The notes under the pieces were generated by a model, which was not told the origin of the DNA, did not search any database, and saw only the letters and a list, made by a program, of their open reading frames with translations. Shown here piece after piece: positions 10,130-21,700 of a stretch of 64,000 nucleotides of DNA. The position numbers and the translations under genes are program-made. Numbering within the stretch: the stretch's first letter is position 1; the number at the start of each line of letters is the position of its first letter. This stretch comes from Podarcis cretensis (taxonomy: Eukaryota): assembly GCA_951804945.1 (NCBI GenBank), contig OX638166.1:39866001-39930000 (forward strand). The letters are read 5' to 3'.

Positions 10130-12780
10130 CTACTGACGGAGCGATCCTAGAGCAGCAGCTCAGCCGTGTAGGTGTCGGAGGGGGCGCGCAGCGGAGGGAA
10201 GGCAGGCAGGCAGGCGGGCGAGCAGCTGCAAGCAGATGACAAGCCGAGACCGGCCCCGTCGCCGTGCGGTGTCGAGGGCGAGAAGGAGGGAGACACAGAG
10301 AGAGACCCTGGACCGTACCCCTCCCGGGAAGAGGAGACACCCAGGGCAACCAGAGCCCCAGTCGAGGCAAAAGAGGCGCAGGGCCGGCCGGGGCGGAAGG
10401 GGGCGGCAGGAGGGGCAGGCGAGGGGCAGCTCCCGCCGCCTGGGCCTCATTGCGCAGGAATTCGGGAGACGCGCGCTTCCTAGCCCGGGGGCATTTCTCC
10501 GGCGCCTTCCAGCTTGGGGAGGGGGGCTTCAGAGCTGCCTCCCTCATGGGGCGAGTCTCGTTTCCCTCTGGGACGGGGTGTGTGCGGGAGACACAGAGAA
10601 CAGCCGGGATCAGGGCCTTCCAGGGCGAGGGCACCTTTCCTCCCGCCTTGCCACCACAGCATCCCCCACAGCGCCTGGTGCCCGAGAAAGGAAGTGGTGG
10701 GCACGAGGGGGGGGGAGAAGGAGGCCCCACGGAAGGCGCGCCCCCCACTCTTTCCCCAGCTGCTCTCGCGCCTCTTTCGAAGGTGTGGGATGAGCGAGCT
10801 GGTCTGGCTGCGTCTGCAATTCCCAAGCAACGCCCCCCCCCTTCTCCCTTGTGATCCCTTCCCCTCGCCAAAGGGCCCCGCGAAAAGGAAAGGCCTTGGC
10901 ACCCTGCAATTCCAGGCCTATATGCTCCGGAAGAGGGACCCGAGAGGTTTAGGGCCTCGTCCACCCTGCTTCCCAAAGTAGCCTCCGGGAAGCCCTCGCC
11001 CGGGCAACCGGCCACCCGCGCCCCCTCCTCCTCCTCCTCCTCGCAGGTACACTGCTTCTGCACATGGAGGCTTCCTTGGGCTGCCGTGTCCCTTTTTGCA
11101 GATGTTCCGCTTCACTCCTTTTTCAGGACCCCTCCCTAAGCTCGCTGACCCACCTTTAAGTGGGCTAGGCACTTTTGCAGCTGTTGCCTATATATAAACT
11201 TACTCAAGAGTAGATCCCACTCCACCCCGCACTCCCAATTGGGATTGCGTGCCAAGTGAGCGTGCACAGGATTGCAGAAGCCTCGGGTCTGGGGATTCCT
11301 TCCTGCCCCGCCCGCCCGACTACCAGCTTGGAGGCGGTCGCCGCTTCTGTGGGGCTGCTGCTACCGCCTTGCCCTCCTTGGAGCCCAGTCGCTGCTGCCC
11401 CCGAGGGGGGCGTGTGTCTGGCTCTTCTGCGAGCATCGCCGTGCGCCCTTGGCCGCGCCTAACTTCACCGCCTCCCTCTCCTCTGTCGTTCTGCAGGATC
11501 CTGCGCCTTTAATCCCGGGCCCAACCTACCCAGCGCCGGGGTCCCACCCACCCCGAGCCCAGCCGTTATAATGAGCGGCTCTCAAGCGCGACTCCATCAG
11601 GCCGCAGGAGCGGGAGGCGTTGGTGGCGGCGGCGGCGGCGGAGGAGCAGGCAGCGGCAGCAACAGCAGCAGCATCCAGGGGGAGGTCGCTGCCGAGATGC
11701 CGGCCACCGAGAAGGACCTGGCGGAGGACGCGCCCTGGAAGAAGATCCAGCAGAACACCTTCACGCGCTGGTGCAACGAGCACCTGAAATGCGTCAACAA
11801 GCGCATCGCCAACTTGCAGACGGACTTGGGGGACGGGCTGCGCCTCATCGCGCTGCTCGAGGTGCTGAGCCAGAAGAAGATGGGGCGCAAGTACAACACG
11901 CGCCCCACTTTCCGGCAGATGCAGCTGGAGAACGTTTCGGTGGCGCTGGAGTTTCTGGAAAGAGAGAACATCAAGCTGGTCTCCATCGGTAAGTCCCAGC
12001 GAAAGAGGGGAGGGGGAGCGGGGGGGGGGGCGGAGAGGGCGACAAGGGGACCTGAAGGGGGCATCCTAAAAGTGGGGGAGTGCGGGGTCTTTGGAGGAGG
12101 CGGGGCGGCACCCAAGTTTGTCTCTTACGGCGGGGGGAGACTGGAAAGGCACCCCGCTCTCCTCTAGCTGGCGAGGCCCAGGTGAAGAGGAGAGGGGCGC
12201 GCTTGGCCCCTCCCGCCAAGGGGGCGTGCGGCGGGGTTGGGCAGGGGGGAGAAGGACCGCTGGCGGCGGATCGGGGCCGCCTCGGAGTTGGGGGTCCCAT
12301 TTCTGTAGTCCTGGGGTGCCTTTTGGGGAGAGTCGCGCGTGAGTTCCAGGGGGCGGAAAGCGAAGAGGCCTGGCTGGAGGGGTGGGGCGGGCGGGCGGGA
12401 GGACGCTGCATCTGGGCGGGGCGGGGAGGGTTGCAGGAGGCGGCTCCGATTTCAGGCTTTTTGTCTGGAGTCTGCAAAAAAGGGGGGAAGCCCCCTTTCC
12501 TTCAGCCCGGCCTCGGTTCGCGGTGCTGCACCCCCAGCCCCCGCCCTCCGCCCCGCGCGCCCTCCTCCATCTCTGGCCCAGCCCAGCCCGGCGCGCTCCG
12601 CTTCGGAAAGGCCCGTTAACTATTTAGGAATGGGAGGAGGGGCGGCCTGGCGCTTGCCTTCCGCTGAGCCATTTCTCGTAGATGCCTTTTGAATCGCCGG
12701 TCGAGCGAGCTCCTGACACGCCGCACGCACATTTTCCAAGCTCAAACAGTTTTGTCTTCTCCTTTTCTCCCCACCCGCCG
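10130..12780. promoter_or_regulatory. CpG island / FLNA promoter and 5'UTR region
   Basis: Abrupt rise in GC and CpG density against CpG-poor flanks; GC boxes (GGGGCGG) and ETS-like CCGGAAG; covers the first coding exon. Boundaries approximate, exon 1 not resolved. Confidence 0.85.
11571..11988 (+). CDS. FLNA: FLNA exon 2 coding part (Gly/Ser-rich N-terminus, CH1); exon begins at 11497
   Basis: Acceptor ctgtcgttctgcag|11497, ATG 11571, ends KLVSI-G|gtaagt; 418 nt. Confidence 0.96.
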
Positions 12781-15700
12781 CATCAAATTTGAATTACTGT
12801 ACAGCTACATTGAGGGGGAAAGTTGCCCGAGAAGTGGAAGTGGGATGTGGTTGAGCCAATATCTGCGCTCTCCTAGATCACTAGGGGCAGCCCTTCGAAC
12901 CCACAACCGACACCTGAGGCAAGGGGAAGCCTTTGTCTTTCTGCTCTGATTTTGGGGTAAATCTTGGGTCAGTGCAGAGTCTGGGCGAAGATTCTCTCTT
13001 AAGGAAAGGTGTCAGGAAGTTGATGGACTCTTGAGCTCTTCCAGCTGTAGTAATGCCCTAGTACATACCATCCAACATTTCTACCATGAAAATAAGGACA
13101 TCCTAAGGAAAAGTGGGACATTCTGGGGTCAAATCAGAAACTGGGATGAAATGGAGACACTTGGAGGGTCTGATAGTAGTCTGGGATATTGCTACAGTGG
13201 CACATGCTGGGGATGAACAGTAACGCAGAAAGAAGCTATGGCTCCAGATGGGGCCCTTAGCTAGGCTAGACTTTTAAGTACAGTACCCAGTTTGTGGGAG
13301 AGCCTCCTTATCTCTCCATAGATCTGGAGCTGCTCATACATAAACTATAACTAATGAACTGACTGGGTTTGTATGGAATGCTAATCCATAGTTAAAGTGA
13401 GTAAACCAACAGCCAGCAACAAACCATGGCTTATTTTTGCTAACAAAACCATAGCTAACTGTAGTTAAGGTGCTGGCCTGGGTTTGTATGCAACACCTAA
13501 CCTTAACTAAGGTTTATTTAAACCATGGTTTAACACTGTATGTAAACTAGACCATAGTATCTCACATTGGAATTGTTTACTGAGCAAAGATTGCATTCAA
13601 TTCACTGATCCTTGTATTCCCCTTGTTTTGCCATGGACCCCTAGCTCCTGAAGCAAAAGTTCAAGTACCTCCTGTTTTGGCAGAAATACAAGAAAGCAAA
13701 TGACTGTTAATTGCCCTTTGCCTTATAATAGGAGGAGCCTTTTCTTGGAAATGGGTGGTGACTCTCAGCTGCTTCCATGCTTGGGCAGCTTGAATTGGCT
13801 TGGATGCTTGGCATTTATGGTCCCAGCAAAGGGAGCCTTTTGGATAGCTTACCAGCCATCTAAGTTTGGACTGACTGGTGGTGGCTCCGCTGGTAAAAAC
13901 TCCATGCAGTAAAAGCTGTGGATGGGTGTGTCTCTGAACAATGTAACATTGGCCCTGAGCAGCCTGGCTCTTGCATTGCCTGGTAGAGGAAGTAACCGAT
14001 TCTAGTTTAGGTCTGACTCATTAATGTGGGAATCCTGGATGTCTCATTAGCTCTTCAGAAAAACCAATGGCTTATGCATACCTTGCTTTTGCAGGGAGCT
14101 TCCGGTGGCCTCTCATTCAGATTTATCATGCCTGCTCAGCCGCAGCACTGCTGAAACATCTGCTGTTCCCAGACAATTCACTGGGCCCAGACATCCCCAC
14201 TGTTGATTCAGGGTCATGAGCATCCATAGCCTGCTCTGGGGTTGGGGTTTGCCCATAGCCCTTTGTTGAGGAAGTCAACTAGACCAAACTTGGATGGAAG
14301 AAGAGTGACATGACTAAATACTGTTATAATTAAAAAAACAACACCCCACAGTCGTCTACTGCTATCCTTTGGCTCCTGGAATGGCTGGTGTCAATCCATG
14401 TTGCCAATATAAGCAGAAAGTATTTTCTGTACTGATGCCCCGGTCTCATTCCTGCTCTTTCCCACACTATCAGTTTGTAAAGACCTGGTGTCAGCTGGGA
14501 TGTGTTGACATCCCAACACATGTAGCTCCTTGTATTCACTAAAATTGGGCCTGTGACTCTGCAAGCTAAATACAACCCAGCAAGGTCTTCATAAACCTCC
14601 TGTTTTAGCTACGTTTGGCCCAGGGTTGCAAAAATGTGGCAGCGTGTTGAATGCCTGGCAGGCCTTAGTACTAGTGGGCTATGATTAGGTGGATCCTACA
14701 CAAAAGGTGTAGACCTGTGTTACCTTATGTTGGACCTGGTGTGGTTCCTTGTCCACTTGACCAGGAACTCTATATCTTGGGGTAAAGTTGGGGTAACACA
14801 CCTTGTAATACAGAGACAGCTTTCAAAGGCCTAGTTACTTTGAGTACCTCAAAGTCTTAAGTAGTTGTTCCGGTGACTATCCAGATGTACAAAACCACCT
14901 ATTATCCTGAAGCTGCAGGGTTTTTTATTATTTTAAAAAGTTCCCTATTGCCTGTTTCTGGCAGCTGCCCATGTGCGTTGCTGCAGGGACCCTTCTGTTG
15001 ATGAAACCCTCTTGGTGTATCTGTCTGGGTGTGCTCTACACGGTGGTGAGCTGGTAATGATAGGAAAATCTGGATTAGATTGACTGCTGTGGTAAACTTG
15101 CTAGATACTCAGCAATGTGGTGGCTGTGTGTAACACTTGTAAAGCTGTACTGTATGGGAAGATAAGGCCCACCGAAGGGATACTGGCTTTCATTCCAGCT
15201 CCCTGTAAGTGAGGCTCTAAACAGGCCCCATGTTGTTAGGCTCCAACTTGCATATACTCTTCCCAGTGTGGTCAAGAAGGGTGGGAGTTGTGGTCCAGCA
15301 AGAGCTGGACAGAGGGTTCTACCCCCTGCTCTGTTTGACTCCCCCTGGAGCCTGCAGAAGACCCTGAGGACAGTGGGGTATGAGAATCCTGTGTTGCCCG
15401 TCAAGACAGTGAGTCAGTCCCTGGGCCACAGACTCTGACTCAGACAAGGTCTGGCAGCAGTTGCTGAGAAGTGGAAGGAAGGGCGTGCGCACACCATAGC
15501 CATGCCTGTAGGCTAGAGATGGGTAGCCCTGTGCCTGGGTGTGCCTGTCTGTTCCTCCTCCTCCTCCTTGGGTTGGGGAGAGGAGAAGGATGGGCTGGGT
15601 GGGTCTTTTGCTCCTCTTCACAGAGAGGCAGGATGTAGGAAAGGCGGGCAGAGAGGGAGGGACCAGGCCAAACATGTGGAGGGGGCGTTCTTTTCCCTCC

Positions 15701-18700
15701 CCCTGGAAGGAGAATCCTGTTGGGACAGAGGAGCTGCTGCCTGCCGGCCACTCCATATAAGGCTAAAAAATGCTGGAGCGGTCTGCTCTGTGGCTGGGTG
15801 GGCGGTGCGGAGCCGGGTGGGGAGTGGCTGGGATGTGATGGCTTGCCTTCTCCCTGTTCCTCCCCCCCCCCATCACCACCCAGGGAAAAAAAGGGGCAGG
15901 GAAAGCATGGCGTATTTAACCCTGCCAGAGGGATGCATCTGCTCTGGCACTCCAATAACAAAAGCTCAAGCGCATGAGAGCTAATGGGAAGGGGCTCCCA
16001 TCCCAGCTGCTCCAGCCTTGACTGGGACTCTGCTCCCGGGGAGGGAGGGGACATGTGGCCTAATGTGGGTGAATCTCAGTGGCCTCTGGGTCTTAGATTC
16101 CCTTTGGCCCTCCTGTCCTCTTTGATAATGCTTGTTCTGCAGTTTATAGCTTATTCAGCTCGACAGTGTTGAATGCTCACTCTCCAGCTTTGAGACTTGC
16201 CCTGACGCCTGCCCTTTTGAATGCTCCCAGCTGCTATGGGGCTCAGTGGATATGGAGGGCAAAAGTAAAAGTGTGTGTGATGGAGAGGGAAGAATGCAGA
16301 TGGAAGCTTGGAAAATGCCTTTTTTTCAGGATGGTACTCACTCCATGTTGCCTGTAACCAGATCCTGCAATATGCTGCAAAGGAGGGAGAATAGCAGCTC
16401 CCTCTAATACTGTTGAGGGTTGTGTCATGTTAACTACTTGGAGGCCACAGACTGCTTGGGTAGGAAATGGACTGCAGCCTGTTGGGTCCAAGTGTGTATA
16501 TTGTGTTGCAGTAGCACATGTGTGGATGCTAGGAAGCTGTAGTTCAAGGGAGGGAGATCCTTTTTCACCGCGAAGGCCACATCCCCATCTAGCCAAACTA
16601 TGGGAGCCTCATGGAACTGGTGGGTGGGGCCAGAGCAGCAAATGTAAAATTTAGCTTTGTACACTAGGCTAGTAGTCGTACCTCAGGATGAATATTTTCG
16701 GGTTGTGCTCCGCGGCAACCCGGAAATAACGGAGCGCGTTACTTCCAGGTTTTGTTGCTCACACATGCGCAGATGCTCAAAATGACTTCACGCACATGCA
16801 CGGAAGCGGCAACCCACGCATGCGCAGTCGCGTCTTGCGTTTACTTCAGGATGCGAACGGGGTTCAGGAACGGATCCCGTTCGTATCCAGAGGTACCACT
16901 GTATCTACAAACACACACTCTTCTCCATCCAGTACCTGTTGAGTTTCAGTGGCAGACAGAGGCGCTTTGAGGGTTACATTTGGCCCTTGAGCCTGAGATT
17001 CTGCACCCTGTTGTAACACAAAGCAGTTCCATAGCACATGCAACAAAACACACATGCACGGTCCTGTCACTGTGGGGGTCCCTAGCCACAAGCTTTATGT
17101 AACCAGGGAGCACGTTCCCTGTAAGCATGTACCGGTAAGTATATTCTTCCAGAAGGTGCCAGATACTTAATTTCTTCCTTCATGGACCATAAAACAGAGT
17201 TGCTTGTTTTCCATACTAAAAAGACAACTAACCTGTCTAAATTATGCAAGTTAAACCATTTTTCATAATTCTGCTTCCCCCTACTGTTATGGGGTGGAGG
17301 AGCATGTAGACTCCTTCACTGGAGGTCTTTAAGCATAAAATAAATTATTATTTATACCCCGCCTATCTGGCTGGGTTGCCCCAGCCACGCTGGGTGGCTT
17401 CCAACACATATGAAAACACAATGAAACATCAAACACTGGAAACTTCCTGATACAGGGCTGCCTTCAGCTTGGGGGAGGCTGTCAGGGATGCTGTAGTTGA
17501 GATTCCTGCATTGCGCGGGGTTGGGCTAGATGACCTTGGGCTACTGCTACTTCCAGTTCTGCTGTTCTATGATTCTATATAAATGTAAAGGGCACTGAAA
17601 ACCTGACCTCAAACCACTGGAAGGTTTCTTCAGTAATTTTTATGACTTCTGTTGCATGCACACCCACACCCCACATGCACTTGCGAGAAGCCTTTTCCCA
17701 CTTCAGTGAAAACCACCTTCTTGTGTTTGTGCAGCTGCAGGAATTATTTATTACATTTGTATGCCGCCCTTTATTGGAAAATCACAGAGTACAGTGGTAC
17801 CTCGGGTTACAAATGCTTCAGGTTACAGACTCCGCTAACCCAGAAGTAGTACCTCAGGTTAAGAACAGTTTCAGGTTTAAAAGGATGTCACATAGAGGAG
17901 GGAGAAAGGTTGTTTTCTGCTGCTCCAGAGAAGCGGACACGGAGCAATGGTTCCAAACTACAAGAAAGAAGATTCCACCTAAACATTAGGAAGAACTTCC
18001 TGACAGTAAGAGCTGTTTGACAGTGGAATTTGCTGCCAAGGAGTGTGGTGGAGTCTCCTTCTTTGGAGGTCTTTAAGCAGAGGCTTGACAACCATATGTC
18101 AGGAGTGCTCTGATGGTGTTTCCTGCTTGGCAGGGAGTTGGACTCGATGGCCCTTGTGGTCTCTTCCAACTCTATGATTCTAGGTTAAGAACGGACCTCC
18201 AGAACAAATTAAGTTCTTAACCCAAGGTGCCACTGTAGTTCACCACATAAAGCACTTAGGATGTGCTTGGCTTGGTGACGTCTTGGACATGGTGTTCCAC
18301 TTCCATGTTGGGAGTCAAATGGTTGGCTTGAGGAACCACCCTGCCCCTCAGATTTTCCATCTTACACCTAGGAACAGGTTCTGTGCTTCTGAGACTAGAC
18401 CATCGCTTTGAATTCATTCTAGGTTCTCTTCTGTTGCCTTGATCTTCATCAGTCTCTTTCACTTTGTATCTGGAGGTTGATTCTTCCTTCATACCTTGTG
18501 CTCCGGAACCCATAGGATCTGTACTCTGACTTAAAAAAAATAGAATAAAAGAATGCACAACATCAAATGCATTTAAAGCAGAAGAATGCATAATAAATAG
18601 CAATAGTCAAGCAGTACAATGCTGACATTGAAAATAGCCAGGTCTTCACTGCCTGCTGAAAAAAAGGCAAACCATTACTAGGCCAGGTGGGTCTCCCTTG

Positions 18701-21700
18701 GGAGTAAATCCCATAATGGTTGTGCCACAACTGAAGGCAAGGGAATACAGGGCAGGGCCTTGGGCTGTTCCTTAGAGCCCGTGGGAGTTCAGCTTTATCC
18801 AGCTTGCCTACCCCTTGGGGTTTAGAGGAAGGTTGCTTAAGACTTGTCTGAACCTGAGCTGAGGGAGAATAGTTGGGCCCCTTTCAGCTGCTGTGTCTAG
18901 TCTCTGGAGAGGTTAATCTTGGCAGGAGGCCAGTGCATTGAAGGAATTCTTTGTTTCCCTGAATCTGGTGTGTTTACATCAATCTGCTGCTGCGCAATCC
19001 TGGCCAGGCCTCTTTCTACTACTGCTGCTGCTGCTGCTTTCTCTTCTGTTGTTTCTAACCATATACAAAGGGTGGGATTCCTTCATACAGTTTCACCAAG
19101 CGGCTCTTGGGTAGTGTCTCCTCCACATCATGTACACTTCCCATCCCTATCTTCCTTTGCTCCAAATTCCCTCCATGACATCTTCTGACTCGCCAATTTC
19201 TTCTTTTGAGTCGGCACGCAGTCAGCGCAGCAGAACACCTGAATTAAGGGCTGCCTGAGTGATGCTTTTGCTTTGCAACATTTCTGCTTTTTCTTGCTTC
19301 AAGACCTCAAGGTAACAAAAATCTATGTTTGGTAACAGCCCACATACTGTGGGATTCATGGCAGTATGTTGCAAACAAAAATTGTAGGAGAATCTACATA
19401 AGAGATACATATATGGGCATAGAAATAAATAAAGTGGGGCCAACAAAGGGCATGGGGCAGAAGAACATAGCTCTCCCCCCACCCCCAGGCTTCATTGGCT
19501 GCATTTCTTTATGGCCTTGTAGCAAAACGGGGCTTAACTGTGGGGGCCATTTTACACATGCATGTTTAGTACTGGATTTTTTCAGCACTTGTTGACTTGC
19601 TCCTGAATAGACTCACTGGTAATAATTTTGTGTTTTAGTATTCCTTTACTTAAATTTGTGGCAAAAATGCTGTAGCCGTTAAAATGAACTGAACTGCAAG
19701 CAGATAATGTTATTAAAACAAAACAAATTAAAAGGCCTGTGCAAATAAAATGATGTTTACCTAGTCCCTGAAACTCAATTAAGGGTTGGCACCAGATACG
19801 GTGAGCTGCCGAGGGCATTCTAGAGTTTGGGCATCACCTCTTGAAGGATCCCTGGATACAGTCGACTTTACCTCAGGAGGAGGGCAAGGGAGAGAATGAC
19901 TCTTATGACCTGTTTCAAGTATTTCCAATATTCTAAGGGAAAAGGCTGTTAGGTACAGGAGCAGACACTTTTATACCACTTTAACAGTCATGGTGTCCCC
20001 CAAAGAATATTGGGGACTGTAGTTTGTTAAGGCCGCTAAGATCACTATTCCCCTCACAGACCTACTGTTTACCAGTCAATCCCTCTTCCCAAATAACTCT
20101 GGGAGTTGTAGTTCTGTGAGGGAAATGAGGTCACGCAACTGCATCCTTAACAAACGTCATTTCCTAGGATTCTTAGGGGGATGTACCATATATAGTGTAT
20201 AATGCCGGTGGCTCCTTACTTCCAAGGAAGTGTACCTGAGTCTGATTCACAGCTACAGTAATACTCATCTCACTGTCATGTTGCCAAAGTAGGGGGACAT
20301 TGTTGTCACCACCCTTTGCAAGGAAAAGGAGAAAATGAAGCAAAGCTATCTATAGCCACTAAGCTCAATACAGTCCAGTCAGCTTCTGGTGCTTTCAGAT
20401 TTATCAGGTTTTAAACTAGTTTGCATAAAGTTTGACTGCCATCCTGAGTGGCTGGAGAACTGTATTCGCATCAGATTCAAATCTCTACTCAGTCATGAAA
20501 GCTTACTGGGTGATCTTGAGACCAGCATGCCCTCACAGCCAAAACTACCTCACAGGGTTGTTGTAATGAAACTTGAGGGAGTATGGACCATGTATGCCAC
20601 CCAAAATTCCCTGGATGAAGCAGGGGATAAAAATAATAAATAGAACCCGCAGCAAGAACAATACGTCAAGTATCAATTGCAACTTGTTTATTTTCTGTTG
20701 TCACTGTTATTTTCAGATAAGGTTAGGAAGTGTAGATGTGGAAGAGACACTACCAAAGAGACTTGAGACTGTATAAAGGAAAGCCATTCTTTGTACATGG
20801 TTGGTGGCAATGATGGCGTCTAAAGTGACAGGGAGTGGCCAATGAGTGAAAAAGGCATGGTAATAACCAGCACACACAGGCCACTTTAAAAATCATTTTT
20901 AAGTTTCTTCAAACATGTTACCTGCAGTCAAATTATGGCCATTCTTCATCAAAATCCCTCCCACCAACTTCTTCAGGCCTCTAAGGACAGAGTCTCTTGC
21001 TAGAAGCTTGTTCTATAGGTCTGGGATCTATTGAGGAGGTGAGAAAAGGAGGGAGTGGACTTATTACTTGGTGGAAACTGCCTGCAGGCTTCCTCTTGGG
21101 TTTCCTTTGGTGTAGAGACTGGCCTTCCTCCTACTAAAGGAGAGAATTCCGAGGGGAGAAGGCCTAGGATGTTTCTGAGTGGGGCTCGTCTTCCCTGAAA
21201 GTCCAGACCACTGTCCTCTTTTGCGAATGCTGAACTGTGCTTCTGACTCTCAGACAGCAAAGCTATTGTGGATGGGAATCTAAAGCTGATCCTGGGCCTG
21301 ATCTGGACGCTCATCCTGCACTACTCTATCTCCATGCCCATGTGGGATGAGGAAGATGACGAAGAGGCCAAGAAACAAACCCCCAAGCAGCGACTGCTGG
21401 GCTGGATCCAAAACAAACTGCCTCAATTGCCCATCACCAACTTCAGCAAGGACTGGCAGAGCGGCCGGGCACTAGGCGCTCTGGTTGACAGCTGTGCCCC
21501 AGGTAAGCGAAGGAGCAGCACTGTTCATGTGGGGCTGGGAGGGTGAACTTGAGAGGTTTGCAGGAGGGCTCTTCTGACTTGCTCACATGGGTGCTGGAGG
21601 CCAGCACTACTTCCTGTGTTAGTTGACCCATAGATCAGGAGTAGCCAATTAGGATCCCTTCAGATGTTTCTGAACTACAACTCTTGTCATCCTTGACCAT

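Noticed and set aside
11185-11280. TATA-like TATATATAAA and donor-like CAA|GTGAGC as core promoter and exon 1
   Set aside because: Both lie in a degenerate hairpin repeat ending ...CACAGGATTGCAG, related to the element at ~6040-6120, so there is no independent support.
10068-12692. Long ORFs on both strands in the CpG island (e.g. 331 aa at 10068-11063 minus)
   Set aside because: Stop-poor GC-rich sequence giving Pro/Gly/Arg-rich translations with no recognisable domain. Only the exon 2 frame is supported.
13721-13732. CCTTATAATAGG as a CArG box
   Set aside because: Eight A/T bases between CC and GG instead of six.
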